From: an uncultured Prevotella sp.
Lineage (GTDB): Bacteria > Bacteroidota > Bacteroidia > Bacteroidales > Bacteroidaceae
Direction: 5' to 3'
Assembly (NCBI GenBank): GCA_900553285.1
Contig: USCX01000001.1
Location: 1-56,260 of the forward strand
DNA length: 56,260 nucleotides
Both the position numbers and the translations under genes were made by a program. Positions 1 to 10,522 of the stretch are shown one piece after another; within the stretch, counting starts at the first letter, position 1; every line of letters starts with the position of its first letter. The notes beneath the pieces were generated by a model. It was not told the DNA's origin, did not search any database, and saw only the letters and a list, made by a program, of their open reading frames with translations.

Positions 1-128
1 GATACGGTTCAGGAACTCCGGTTTGAACATGCGGCGCACCTCTTCCATGACGCTGTTCTTCATGGCCTCATAATTCTGCTTCTCATCATCCTTAGCCGCG
101 AAGCCCAGACGCTTCGGGGAAATGATGG
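1..128 (-). other. Fragment of a ClpC-type AAA+ chaperone gene, apparently foreign, fused to the wzc remnant
   Basis: My translation of the reverse strand gives SIISPKRLGFAAKDDEKQNYEAMKNSVMEEVRRMFKPEFLNRI, which contains the ClpA/B/C second-ATPase-domain F(K/R)PEFLNR motif. Not in the ORF track. Confidence 0.8.
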
Positions 129-406
129 AGAAAATGAAAGAACAGTACGACTATGTGTTCATCGACTGCCCGCCAGTGGAGATTGTCGCTGATACGCAGA
201 TCATCGGGCGTTATGCTGACCGTACCTTTTTCGTGGTACGGACCGGACTGCTGGAACGAGACATGCTGCCCGAACTCCAAAAAGCCTACGATGAGAGCCG
301 CTACAAGAACATGGCCGTTGTGCTCAACGGCACGCAAAACGTCGGGGGACGATACGGCTACAAGTACGGTTACGGAAAAGGGGATTACTCCTCCTCCACG
401 GAATGA
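110..406 (+). pseudogene. wzc: C-terminal fragment of a Wzc/BY-kinase polysaccharide tyrosine autokinase, 5'-truncated
   Basis: YDYVFIDCPP Walker B motif and C-terminal Tyr cluster (GRYGYKYGYGKGDY). The frame is closed upstream by TAA at 71-73. Truncation may be an assembly artefact. Confidence 0.85.
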
Positions 407-599
407 TGTTGAGCCAGGCTTTTCTATCGGTCGGACCGCAGAAATCCGGTAACTGGCAAGGACAACGGGCGTCCTATTTCGAGAGGTAAGTGAAAGTACA
501 CGTTGATAGTCAAGGAAAAAGGTACGAAGAACCGTCCCAACCAGTCTTTCTTAGGGTAATAGCACTTAGGTAAAAGCGAAGGATAAATTTTCGGCGAAT

Positions 600-1850
600 A
601 TGGACAAGAGTATAAAGATAGCCGTAGCCGGGACAGGCTACGTAGGGCTTTCAGTAGCCTCGTTGCTGGCGCAGCACCATCAAGTGACGGCAGTGGATGT
701 GATACCCGAAAAGATAAATCTCATCAACCAGCGCAAGTCGCCCGTCCAGGACGAGTACATAGAGAAATACTTGGCCCAAAAGCAACTGAACCTGACGGCT
801 ACGCTTGACGGGACAAAGGCTTACGGCGAGGCGGACTTCGTGGTCATCGCCACTCCGACCAATTATGACCCCGTGAAGAATTATTTTGACACGAGCCACG
901 TGGAGGAGGTTGTCGAACTGGTGATGCAGGTCAATCCGCGCGCCATCATGGTCATCAAGAGCACTGTCCCCGTGGGGTATACAGAAGGCATCCGCCAGAA
1001 GATGCGCTCGGACAACATCATCTTCGCCCCGGAGTTCCTGCGCGAGAGCAAGGCCCTCTATGACAACCTATACCCGAGCCGCATTATCGTGGGCCGCCCG
1101 GAGGGGAATGAACGCTTGGATAAGGCGGCACACACCTTTGCCGGATTGTTGCAGGAAGGTGCCATCAAAAAGGACGTGCCGACTTTGTTCATGGGGCTGA
1201 CCGAGGCCGAGGCCGTGAAACTCTTTGCCAATACCTATCTTGCCCTGCGTGTAAGCTATTTCAACGAGTTGGACACCTATGCAGAGATGAAAGGACTTAG
1301 CACCCGCGACATCATCGGCGGCGTTTGCCTCGATCCGCGCATAGGCACGTTCTACAATAACCCCAGTTTCGGGTATGGCGGCTACTGCCTCCCCAAGGAC
1401 ACCAAGCAATTACTTGCCAACTATGCAGACGTGCCTGAAAACCTAATCCAAGCCATCGTGGAGAGCAACCGCACCCGTAAGGACTTCATTGCCGACCGGG
1501 TGCTGCGCAAGGCCGGTTATTACGGCTATTACAATCGTGGCGACTTCGACCCGGCAGAGGAAAAGAAATGTATCATCGGCGTGTTCCGCTTGACGATGAA
1601 ATCGAACAGCGACAACTTCCGTCAGAGCAGCATTCAAGGTGTGATGAAGCGCATCAAGGCCAAAGGAGCCGAAATCATCATCTATGAGCCCACCCTCGAA
1701 AGCAACAGCACATTCTTTGGCAGCAAAGTGGTCAACGACTTGGATGAGTTCAAAAAGCAAAGCCAAGCCATCATCGCCAACCGCTACGATAGCCACCTCG
1801 ACGACGTGAAGGACAAAGTCTACACAAGGGATATTTTTAGAAGAGACTGA
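600..1850 (+). CDS. ugd: UDP-glucose 6-dehydrogenase
   Basis: GTGYVG Rossmann motif, PEFLRE, catalytic [14 protein letters not shown]. Confidence 0.95.
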   Translation: MDKSIKIAVAGTGYVGLSVASLLAQHHQVTAVDVIPEKINLINQRKSPVQDEYIEKYLAQKQLNLTATLDGTKAYGEADFVVIATPTNYDPVKNYFDTSHVEEVVELVMQVNPRAIMVIKSTVPVGYTEGIRQKMRSDNIIFAPEFLRESKALYDNLYPSRIIVGRPEGNERLDKAAHTFAGLLQEGAIKKDVPTLFMGLTEAEAVKLFANTYLALRVSYFNELDTYAEMKGLSTRDIIGGVCLDPRIGTFYNNPSFGYGGYCLPKDTKQLLANYADVPENLIQAIVESNRTRKDFIADRVLRKAGYYGYYNRGDFDPAEEKKCIIGVFRLTMKSNSDNFRQSSIQGVMKRIKAKGAEIIIYEPTLESNSTFFGSKVVNDLDEFKKQSQAIIANRYDSHLDDVKDKVYTRDIFRRD

Positions 1851-1914
1851 CTTTGGGGGCATAAGATTACTACGTCAGACACTTTGAGTTGAATGAAATC
1901 AAAAATAGCAAAAA

Positions 1915-2811
1915 ATGATAGGGGTAAGGGATAGAATACAACTTATTACATCTTCAAGTCTGCTTGTAAGGGCTCTTCCGCTTGAGTTAAAGACAAATCT
2001 GCTGAAACAGAATATTCTTCAATCTAAAGAACAAGGTATAACAAACGAGAAGTACCTTGATCGGGATGTCGTTATTTCATTAACTACCTATGGTAAGCGG
2101 ATTTACACTGTGGCGTTAGCTATTGAATCCTTAATGGAGCAAACCTTGAAAGCTAACGAAATCGTACTGTGGCTTGATTACTCATTTAGGAATCAAACAT
2201 TGCCAATGTCGATAAGAAAGCTACAAGAACGCGGCTTAACAGTGAAATACTGCGAAGATATAAAATCATATAAAAAACTAATACCCGCGTTGAAAGCATA
2301 CCCAGATTCCATCATTATTACGGCAGACGACGATCTGCTGTATGAATATGATGTCGTTGAAAAATTGGTTGCCGGGTATAAAACAAACCCTAAAATCATT
2401 CAGTGCAACAGGATGCATAAAATGATACTGAACGCGAAAAAAAAATTGCTCCCATATGATGAATGGATATTTGAATGTCAGGAGGTAGATAATCCGGACA
2501 TTCTAAATTTTGCAACCGGATGCGCTGGCGTTTTATATCCTCCCCATGTTTTTAGTGAGCAAGTCTTTGATGAAAAGACCTTTATGGCAATATGTCCATC
2601 CGCAGACGACATTTGGTTCAAGGCCATGACTATGCTTACAGATACACTCGTATCGAAAGTATATACGCACGACAAGGGCGGTCGGGATTACCTTATCATC
2701 GAAGAATGCCAAGATATAGCATTATCGTTGGAAAACAACGGTAATAAGAAGAACGATGTCCAGTTACGTGCCGTCTTTGACAAGTATAACTTGTACGAAA
2801 AGCTCTGCTAG
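1915..2811 (+). CDS. Glycosyltransferase, GT-A fold (GT2-like)
   Basis: VVISLTTYGKRI, SYKKLIP, ITADDD (DXD), GVLYPP, ADDIWF; polysaccharide locus context. Confidence 0.75.
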   Translation: MIGVRDRIQLITSSSLLVRALPLELKTNLLKQNILQSKEQGITNEKYLDRDVVISLTTYGKRIYTVALAIESLMEQTLKANEIVLWLDYSFRNQTLPMSIRKLQERGLTVKYCEDIKSYKKLIPALKAYPDSIIITADDDLLYEYDVVEKLVAGYKTNPKIIQCNRMHKMILNAKKKLLPYDEWIFECQEVDNPDILNFATGCAGVLYPPHVFSEQVFDEKTFMAICPSADDIWFKAMTMLTDTLVSKVYTHDKGGRDYLIIEECQDIALSLENNGNKKNDVQLRAVFDKYNLYEKLC

Positions 2812-2825
2812 GGCATTGTCTCTTT

Positions 2826-4304
2826 ATGCAACGAATGATGTCTGTTAAAAAAGAAATGCTTAACGGGATGTTTTGGAATGCTGTTGCCAAGTATTCCGGA
2901 ATAGTCATTTCTATAATTATCTCAGCTATACTCGCTCGACTAATTTCCCCCGGAGAGTTTGGTATCATAGCCATAGCAACAGTATTCATAAATTTCATTT
3001 CGCTTTTTACAGATATGGGAATAGGACCTGCGGTCATTCAAAACAATCAGTTGAATGACGATGATTATGATAACCTATTCACGTTTTCGTTATACATGGG
3101 AATTTTATTAACTGTGCTTTCAGTATTACTATCGCCCTATTTTTCCCGACTATATGGAAACGATGAACTGAAAGTAATCGTGTGGATATTGTCCATCTCC
3201 TTGTTTTTCAGTTGCCTGAACATTCTTCCGAATTCCTTAATGAATAAATATAAAAGATTTCGACAAATTGCGATAAGAAGTTTGCTATTTCAAATTTCAG
3301 GTGGCATAATTGGTGTCGGGATGGCAGTAACGGGCTACGGCGTATATTCTCTCGTCATTCCACCTGTTATCGCAAATGTGGGAATGTTTTGTTATAATTT
3401 TTCGTACTATCCACGAAAGTATGTAATGTTACCCCAATTGAGCTCAATTAGGAAGATAGCCTATTTTTCGGTTTACCAATTTCTATTCACTTTCCTCAAC
3501 TATTTTTCAAGGAATACGGACAAGTTGATAATTGGCCGTTACATGGATATGAAATCATTGGGATACTATGAGAAGTCGTATCGACTAATGCTGTTACCTT
3601 TGGAAAATGTAACGAGTATAATAAATCCAGTTATCGTCCCCGTATTATCACATCTGCAAAATCAGAGAGAGGAAGTCGCCAGAAAACAAGAAAAACTAAT
3701 TCAATATATTTCCATATTCAGCTTCCCTATTGGCATATTCTTACATTTTGCAGCGTTAGAAATAATAGGTATTTACTATGGTGCGAATTGGAAGGCTGCG
3801 GCACCTATTTTTGGTATATTGGCACTATCTATTCCACTACAACTAATACTTTCTACGACTGGAAGCTTTTACCAATGTATTGGCAAGACAAAACATCTGT
3901 TTTACAATGGAATATGCAATACACTTTGCACTGTAACGGGCTTTTTGTTGGCAGCAAAATTCGTGGGAACGCTTGAAGCCATTGCTTATTCATGGGTGGT
4001 AACATTAATCATCAATTTCTTTGTTTCGTACACAATTATGTATAAGCTCTCGCTCAAATGCGATATAAAACATCTGTTCTTTTCTATGGGCAAGTCTATT
4101 ATGAATTTTGTTATAAGCTATGTTGTTATGTACATCATCTCACGTTATGTGTATACACTCACTGAATCCTTGTGGATATCACTGTTGATAAAGTCCTTTA
4201 CATGGGCAGTATTGACCTTGTTCCTCATCCAAGTGACTAAACAATATGATATTAAGTTCTTATTCCTCAACTCATATAATAGAATAAGGCGCAGAAAACA
4301 ATAA
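2826..4304 (+). CDS. wzx: Wzx polysaccharide flippase
   Basis: Many hydrophobic helices; ILARLISPGEFG, DMGIGPAVIQ, NTDKLIIGRY, LGYYEKSYRL. Start may be a later Met (2835/2838). Confidence 0.9.
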   Translation: MQRMMSVKKEMLNGMFWNAVAKYSGIVISIIISAILARLISPGEFGIIAIATVFINFISLFTDMGIGPAVIQNNQLNDDDYDNLFTFSLYMGILLTVLSVLLSPYFSRLYGNDELKVIVWILSISLFFSCLNILPNSLMNKYKRFRQIAIRSLLFQISGGIIGVGMAVTGYGVYSLVIPPVIANVGMFCYNFSYYPRKYVMLPQLSSIRKIAYFSVYQFLFTFLNYFSRNTDKLIIGRYMDMKSLGYYEKSYRLMLLPLENVTSIINPVIVPVLSHLQNQREEVARKQEKLIQYISIFSFPIGIFLHFAALEIIGIYYGANWKAAAPIFGILALSIPLQLILSTTGSFYQCIGKTKHLFYNGICNTLCTVTGFLLAAKFVGTLEAIAYSWVVTLIINFFVSYTIMYKLSLKCDIKHLFFSMGKSIMNFVISYVVMYIISRYVYTLTESLWISLLIKSFTWAVLTLFLIQVTKQYDIKFLFLNSYNRIRRRKQ

Positions 4305-4368
4305 ACTGGGCTTATATTGTAGCATGAGCTGAAGTATAGAATAAGTATAAAAAGAAAGATAAACGCGT

Positions 4369-5362
4369 ATGACAAGACTGCTATACATAGATGCCCTGAA
4401 AGGGCTGGCTATATTGTTTGTTGTAATGAGCCATATCTACAACTTTTGCTTTGGCTATACAGGGATAATATATGATTTCGTCACAATAGTAGATCTGCCG
4501 CTGTTCTTTTTCATTTCAGGCTGGTTGTTAAAGGAAATTGGGGGGGGAAATTAACATAGTCAGAAAGTTAAGAACACTCTTAGTCCCATTTTTATTCGCC
4601 AATTTGTTTCTTCTTTTTTTAAGAGGTGTTAAGACTCAGATCGAATCTTTCGACAATGCTTACTTCGGCACTTGGTTTTTGCTGGTTTTGTTCGAATGTT
4701 TTCTACTCATTTTTCTTGTTAAGCTAGCTCTTGTAAAGCTAAGAGACTGTAAGAACTACGCATGGATTGAAATGAGCATTTACGTTATATTGATAATTGC
4801 GATGCTCTTTTTGAGGGATTTCTTAAATAAGAATTATGCGTTGGTTGCAGACTTACTTAGTATTAATCTATTAGTGTCTTACTTCCCTTATTTCCTGTTG
4901 GGTTATCTGTTCAAAAAGATGAGATGGGAAAGATTCCTATCAATGACGATGGCAAATACATTGGCTGGATTCTGCATAGTGGTATTTGCAGTCATAAGCA
5001 AATATAGTGTTTGCGCCAATTTTTTGACTTTCACACTCATCAAGGTCTGCGCAGTCCTTGCGCTCTGGAAACATTTTGGGCAGTTTTCGAATGAAGCTGT
5101 CAACAGAAGTAGATGGATGATGCTATTGACGCACTTGGGAGCCTATTCTTTGGATATTTATCTCATTCATTTCTATTTTCTGTTCAAAGTTCCTCAAGTC
5201 AGTGAGTTCATTACAACTACGGGAGTTAATTGGAGCGGGATAAATGTATGTTGTGAGGCGATTTTTGCTGTTGTCATTGCTGTTATCATCAGCAAAACAA
5301 GCATTTTTGTCAGCCAGACCATTTTTCATAACACTCTATTAAAATACTGCATCGGCAAATAG
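4369..5362 (+). pseudogene. Acyltransferase family 3 (OafA-like membrane O-acyltransferase), frameshifted at a G8 run
   Basis: N-half 4369-4554 has IDALKGLAILFVVMSH and LPLFFFISG; C-half 4538-5362 has RTLLVPF, WFLLVLF and LGAYSLDIYLIH. The halves are offset by +1 at G8 (4540-4547). Confidence 0.85.
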
Positions 5363-5377
5363 TTTTACTTTATTTTT

Positions 5378-6352
5378 ATGGAACAAGACAAACATGTTTG
5401 TTGTTCAACAGACGATAACTATGTACAACATTGTGGGGCCATGCTTTGCTCCTTGTTGGAGAATAGTCACAGCAAATTCGTCATACACATTTTGTGTACT
5501 AAAAACAAGCTTTCTCCAAACGGACGCAGTATTCTGAAACGTATAATCGAACAAAGAGGCAGCGAATGCGTATTCAATAACATAGATGAAGCCCTGCTGG
5601 TTGGCGTAAAGTTTAGGAAAAACCGGCCTCTTACCTATGCGGCTTATTACAGAATACTATTGGCTTCCCTATTTTCCTCAGAGATAGAAAAGATCTTTTA
5701 TCTTGATAGCGATATCATCGTACTCAAAGACATTTCGTCCATTTTCGACCTTGATATTTCCGATTATGCCGTGGCCGCCGTACAGGACATCACTAATCCG
5801 TGCGACTTGCAGCGAATGCAGCTTTCCATTCCCTACGAAGAGTGTTTCTTCTGTTCGGGCGTGATGCTCATTAATCTGAATTATTGGAGGAAGCACGGTT
5901 CAGAAGAAAGGCTATTATGTTTCTCAAAAAAAGAACGCCATGTGTTTCTTCACGATCAGGATGCGCTCAATGCTGTTTTCTACGACAAATGGTTCCGTCT
6001 CCCCCCAAAGTGGGGGAAATTTAATGAGCAAGTACCTTCGACAATTAAGTTTCTGACTGATGAGGACAGGGTTGAATACATCCATTCGCCAATGCTCATT
6101 CATTATATCGTCAAGCCGTGGATTATTAAGAATGCCAGATACCGAGAAGAGTATTGGCATTATGTGGAGGAAGCAGGTTTCACGGCCACAAGAGAAAACA
6201 GCAAATTGGAAACGAGCCTGCCGACATTCTTCTCGAACATACAGATAGCATGTGACGAACACAATGTGTTGTGGCTATATGGTATCCTGAACTTTATTGT
6301 CAAGCTATTGGTAGAAGTGAAAAGGTTGGTCTTGTGGCCGTTCAAAAACTGA
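5378..6352 (+). CDS. Glycosyltransferase family 8
   Basis: TDDNYVQH, YYRIL, YLDSD, SGVMLINL, HDQDALN, IHY..KPW. Confidence 0.9.
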   Translation: MEQDKHVCCSTDDNYVQHCGAMLCSLLENSHSKFVIHILCTKNKLSPNGRSILKRIIEQRGSECVFNNIDEALLVGVKFRKNRPLTYAAYYRILLASLFSSEIEKIFYLDSDIIVLKDISSIFDLDISDYAVAAVQDITNPCDLQRMQLSIPYEECFFCSGVMLINLNYWRKHGSEERLLCFSKKERHVFLHDQDALNAVFYDKWFRLPPKWGKFNEQVPSTIKFLTDEDRVEYIHSPMLIHYIVKPWIIKNARYREEYWHYVEEAGFTATRENSKLETSLPTFFSNIQIACDEHNVLWLYGILNFIVKLLVEVKRLVLWPFKN

Positions 6353-6369
6353 TGAATGGAGGTTCTGGT

Positions 6370-7356
6370 ATGTACACATTTTCAATAATAGTCCCTTTAT
6401 ACGATAATGAGGAGTATCTATCAGCATGCCTCAGCAGTGTGCAAGAACAAACCTATACTTCGTGGGAACTGATTGTGGTGGACGATGGTAGTACCGACGG
6501 CGGCTTGGACATCGTAAAGCAATTCGCAGCGAAAGATTCCCGAGTAAAGTACATCTCCCAGCCAAATTCAGGTGTATCCGTAGCCCGCAATGTAGGCTTG
6601 CACCTTGCTTCCGAAAATTATGTGGTTTTTCTCGATTCCGATGATCTGTTGGCCGTAACTGCATTAGAGGAAGTGAACCGTGTCATCGGACAATATCATC
6701 CTGATTTTGTATTCTTGGGAAATGAGACTTTCGGCGACAAACACGTCTCAAATGCACCGAAACGTTCAGCCTTGTATAAATCGCTTCACGAATGGTACAA
6801 AAGCGATTCGTTACCAGTAAATATCTCTGGTGGAATCTTCCGACGAGAAATAATCCAACAATTCAATATCAAGTTTACACCGGGCATTACGCATGCCGAG
6901 GACAAGGAATTCATCATAAAATTTCTTGTACACAGCTCGTCCTTTTATACGTTGTCTCGTCCACTATATCTTTACAGAGTCCATCGCGGTTCGACAAGCG
7001 AGAAGATGAATGCATACAATCATAAAATCTCTGCTTGTCTCCTTAAAGTTTCCCTAAATCTTTTGGATTACATCTGTCACCATGAAACAGACACTAAAAA
7101 TAAGAAGGATCTGACAAAATACATAAAGTCAATTGTCAAGAGTTACTTTGTATATCTCTTGAATATGCCTGCCGAATTTTACCAGAAAGAACAGCAGCGA
7201 TTTCGTTCGTTCTTCGGCAAGGTATCCAAACTGTCTCCTTCTTTCAGCTTCGACCTCCAGTTACGTATAGCCCAGATGAGTATAGATATATACGTTTGTA
7301 TATTACGAAATTACATCATATTAAAGCGTAAATTATGCTACCCACGTTTGTCATAA
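6370..7356 (+). CDS. Glycosyltransferase family 2
   Basis: SIIVPLY, VDDGSTD, NSGVSVARN, FLDSDD, ED motif. Start moved to ATG 6370. Confidence 0.9.
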   Translation: MYTFSIIVPLYDNEEYLSACLSSVQEQTYTSWELIVVDDGSTDGGLDIVKQFAAKDSRVKYISQPNSGVSVARNVGLHLASENYVVFLDSDDLLAVTALEEVNRVIGQYHPDFVFLGNETFGDKHVSNAPKRSALYKSLHEWYKSDSLPVNISGGIFRREIIQQFNIKFTPGITHAEDKEFIIKFLVHSSSFYTLSRPLYLYRVHRGSTSEKMNAYNHKISACLLKVSLNLLDYICHHETDTKNKKDLTKYIKSIVKSYFVYLLNMPAEFYQKEQQRFRSFFGKVSKLSPSFSFDLQLRIAQMSIDIYVCILRNYIILKRKLCYPRLS

Positions 7357-8081
7357 ATCTTGAACGCGATATCCCAAAGCGCATTCGTATGGAGGCTCAA
7401 TTGAAAGAATACCCCGAACTCCATGTGGAATTTATAAAGGGTGTAGAAGGTTCCACACTTTCAGAAGCGGAGAAAGCGGCTGTCTCGACCACTCATTTCA
7501 GAACGCAGATACAATTCACACCGGCCGCCTTAGGATGTTCTCTCAGTCACATAAGCATTTATAGGAAAATTGAGAAAAGGAGCATTCCGTATGCTTTGAT
7601 TCTGGAAGATGATGCGATTTTGTCAAAACAGATTGACGTGATAAAAGATTTGGTACCACTACTGCAAACTGACTGTCCGATTGTCATCCTATTGACTCCA
7701 TGTTTCAGATATAAGAAACAACAGTATCAGACAATGGGAAACGACATCAAATTATGCTTCAAGGTTAGGGATGCGATGATGACTTCTGGTTACCTGATTA
7801 ACAATAGTGCAGCGACATTATTAGTCAAGCGGCTGATTCCTGTCAATTACCTAGCCGATGAATGGGGAACTTTTAGGAAGATGGGGGTGAACTTATACGG
7901 AATAGTTCCGCATGTGATAAGTTTTCCCAACAACCTCGGAACCATCGGTAATGCATTTAAGGATAAAATCAAGCGGAATCCGCTGCTATTTTTACGCATA
8001 TTGGCGGGAAAGTGTAAGGCTAAACTTTATTTAGTCTTCTATATGTTGACGAATTATGAAGAGTCAAAAAAGTTGTGGTAG
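7335..8081 (+). CDS. Glycosyltransferase family 25
   Basis: FVINLER, GCSLSH, ALILEDD, GYLIN. Confidence 0.9.
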   Translation: MLPTFVINLERDIPKRIRMEAQLKEYPELHVEFIKGVEGSTLSEAEKAAVSTTHFRTQIQFTPAALGCSLSHISIYRKIEKRSIPYALILEDDAILSKQIDVIKDLVPLLQTDCPIVILLTPCFRYKKQQYQTMGNDIKLCFKVRDAMMTSGYLINNSAATLLVKRLIPVNYLADEWGTFRKMGVNLYGIVPHVISFPNNLGTIGNAFKDKIKRNPLLFLRILAGKCKAKLYLVFYMLTNYEESKKLW

Positions 8082-9282
8082 TTACATTCTCATAACGCCG
8101 TTTTTTCCCACAGAAGGTTCTTTCAGAGGATCGTATATATATGACCAAGCTGTCGCCATCAGAAGAGCTGGATTGTATGACAAGGTGTTGATTTATAAGC
8201 CAAAATCCATATTTGACAGGCGAAAGACTTATATATACGGTGGTTTCACAGTGCGCTTGTTCCCCCACATCCAAATGCCCTCATATATTCTGAACGGACT
8301 GTTGAACAAATTTAATGGCTTTTTGTTCACGCAAACTGTCAGAAAATCAGGTGTCGCAATAGACTCAGTCAGGGTGGCCCATGCACATGTTTCCACTTTC
8401 GCCGCTTGCGGACTTGCATTAAAAAAATACAATCACAAAATAAAAGTCCTTGTCCAACACCATGATAGAGACCCATTTACCATACGGAATGGAAAGTGGG
8501 CTAATAAAAGATGGAATGCCCGATTCCGGGCAAAGAGGAACATTTCTCTTTTTAATGCGGTGGACTGTCATGTGTCAATAAGCGAAGTCGTCGAAGACAA
8601 CTTGTTATCGTTTCCACAGCCAGGGAGATATGAACATTACGCTCCCTATCTTAGAGTACTGGAAAAGGTGAAAGAACTTCCTTCTATCTCACCTAAGCAT
8701 AGCATCATATTAAACAATGGCGTTGATTTATCAAAATTTCATCCTATCCCCCAAAATCATAAAGGTTTTGTCATAGGTTGCATCGGGAATTTTGTAGAAC
8801 TGAAAGACCAGATAACCCTCATAAAGGCGGTAGAACTATTGGTTAAAGCACGAAAGCAAACTGACATTCAGCTATTGCTAATAGGGACTGGTCCTTTGTT
8901 GAGCTCTTGTCAGCAATACGTAGTAGAGCATTCACTATATGCGAACATAGCGTTTAAGCCAGAAGTAGAGCATGGCAAACTCCCCAGATTCTATCATTCG
9001 CTTGACTTGTTTGTTCTCACAAGCTGTTATGAAGGCTTCGGATGCGTGTTTACGGAAGCTTACGCCTGCGGTGTTCCATTCATAACGTGCAGACACCAAG
9101 GAGCTGCGGAGTGTATTTGCGACCAAGAGGCGGACAAATGGCTCATTGATGAACACGATTTCGTCAAACTGTCTGAGCTGATTATGAAATATCGCGAGAA
9201 CAGATATGAACAGCATCTTTGCAAGGAATACGATATCGATAAACTGATACCGGAGTTTTTAAGATACATAGAGACACTTTGA
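8056..9282 (+). CDS. Glycosyltransferase family 4 (GT-B)
   Basis: NGVDLSKF, EGFGCVFTEAYACGVP (EX7E). Confidence 0.9.
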   Translation: MKSQKSCGSYILITPFFPTEGSFRGSYIYDQAVAIRRAGLYDKVLIYKPKSIFDRRKTYIYGGFTVRLFPHIQMPSYILNGLLNKFNGFLFTQTVRKSGVAIDSVRVAHAHVSTFAACGLALKKYNHKIKVLVQHHDRDPFTIRNGKWANKRWNARFRAKRNISLFNAVDCHVSISEVVEDNLLSFPQPGRYEHYAPYLRVLEKVKELPSISPKHSIILNNGVDLSKFHPIPQNHKGFVIGCIGNFVELKDQITLIKAVELLVKARKQTDIQLLLIGTGPLLSSCQQYVVEHSLYANIAFKPEVEHGKLPRFYHSLDLFVLTSCYEGFGCVFTEAYACGVPFITCRHQGAAECICDQEADKWLIDEHDFVKLSELIMKYRENRYEQHLCKEYDIDKLIPEFLRYIETL

Positions 9283-9313
9283 GGGTCGTCAGTAATACAA
9301 TATCAAAAGAGTT

Positions 9314-10522
9314 ATGACTAAGCAGTTGAGCAAAATAGTGGGCCTCGTATTTATACTGAATAATTTATCCTTTATGCCTGGCTTAGGCCCTGTCTTATAT
9401 GCCATAGTTACCTTGTCGTTAGTCATTCTGACAGCAAATAGTGGAAGGGTTTATGTTTCCGGCACGATGATGTGGCTGTATGCGGCCTGCCTGCTGAGCA
9501 TACTTGCTAACAATGTTCCCGCCTTTTTCAATCCATATCAGCGTTTCGCGCTGTTCTTTGTGATGACCCTTTTACTGTCACCGGCTTTGAAGTCAGACTC
9601 GCTGTCGAGTTTCAGATACAATCTGTTTTATGCCATTCTTTATTTTCTTAAATACGTGGTGCTCATCTCTTTTGTGCTTGGTTTGATGCATATGGGTTAT
9701 AACCGCCTCTATTTTCAAGGATTGGCGCGCCATTCCATGCTGCTAGGGCCTTTTGCGGCTTTGTGTACGCTGTATTGTGTGTGTAAGTTTTTGGGCGGAG
9801 GTCTTGAAAAGAAAGCAAAGATGTTCTATTCGGTACTCATGCTTGCCTCGTTGTATTGCCTCCTTCAAGCCGCTTCGCGAACCGCTTTCATTGCGTGTGC
9901 CATTTCCACGGTTGTCTTACTAACCGTTTACTATCGGAACAATCTGGGCCGGTATTTCAAGGTCGTTTTTACATTGGGAATAGTGCTCGCTTTGTCCTTC
10001 CCAGTCTGGAACCGATTTATGGACAAACTTGTAGAGAAAAACCAAGGCGATGTGACTTCGCTGTCGGTGGACTCGCGTGAAGCGCTGTGGAAAACTCGTG
10101 TAAAGGAGTTTAATTGCAGTCCAATCATTGGCATTGGCTTTTCAACTGTTGATATAGACAATAAGGAAGGAAGTACGTATAGTTCGGATGGAAAAGTAGA
10201 AACGGGAAGTTCTTGGTTATGCGTTTTGTCGATGACGGGGATTATGGGTTTTATCCCTATATGCCTTGTTTTTATCATGTCTTTTGTAAAGGTTTGGAAG
10301 ATGCTTGATTATGTTCCTCTGTTGAGTTGTTTTCTGATCGCTTTGCAGTGTTTCTGGATTCTTCACATGATGACGGAAGGCTACGTTTATGCCGGCGGGA
10401 GTTCGTTGTTCTTCTGTCTGTGGCTTCTGCTTGGTGTCATGAGTGGCTTGCCGGACGACGTAGAACTGGCTGACAGCTATCAGGATATATTCTTCAAACG
10501 AGATGCGGAATTATGCGCATAG
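9314..10522 (+). CDS. O-antigen ligase-family membrane protein, probable Wzy polymerase
   Basis: About 10 TM helices; ASRTAF, SREALW, PIIGIGF; lies in a Wzx-containing locus. Confidence 0.75.
   Translation: MTKQLSKIVGLVFILNNLSFMPGLGPVLYAIVTLSLVILTANSGRVYVSGTMMWLYAACLLSILANNVPAFFNPYQRFALFFVMTLLLSPALKSDSLSSFRYNLFYAILYFLKYVVLISFVLGLMHMGYNRLYFQGLARHSMLLGPFAALCTLYCVCKFLGGGLEKKAKMFYSVLMLASLYCLLQAASRTAFIACAISTVVLLTVYYRNNLGRYFKVVFTLGIVLALSFPVWNRFMDKLVEKNQGDVTSLSVDSREALWKTRVKEFNCSPIIGIGFSTVDIDNKEGSTYSSDGKVETGSSWLCVLSMTGIMGFIPICLVFIMSFVKVWKMLDYVPLLSCFLIALQCFWILHMMTEGYVYAGGSSLFFCLWLLLGVMSGLPDDVELADSYQDIFFKRDAELCA

Noticed and set aside
2437..2445. A9 run in the first glycosyltransferase as a phase-variation site
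   Set aside because: In frame, encodes KKK in AT-rich DNA; no evidence of switching.
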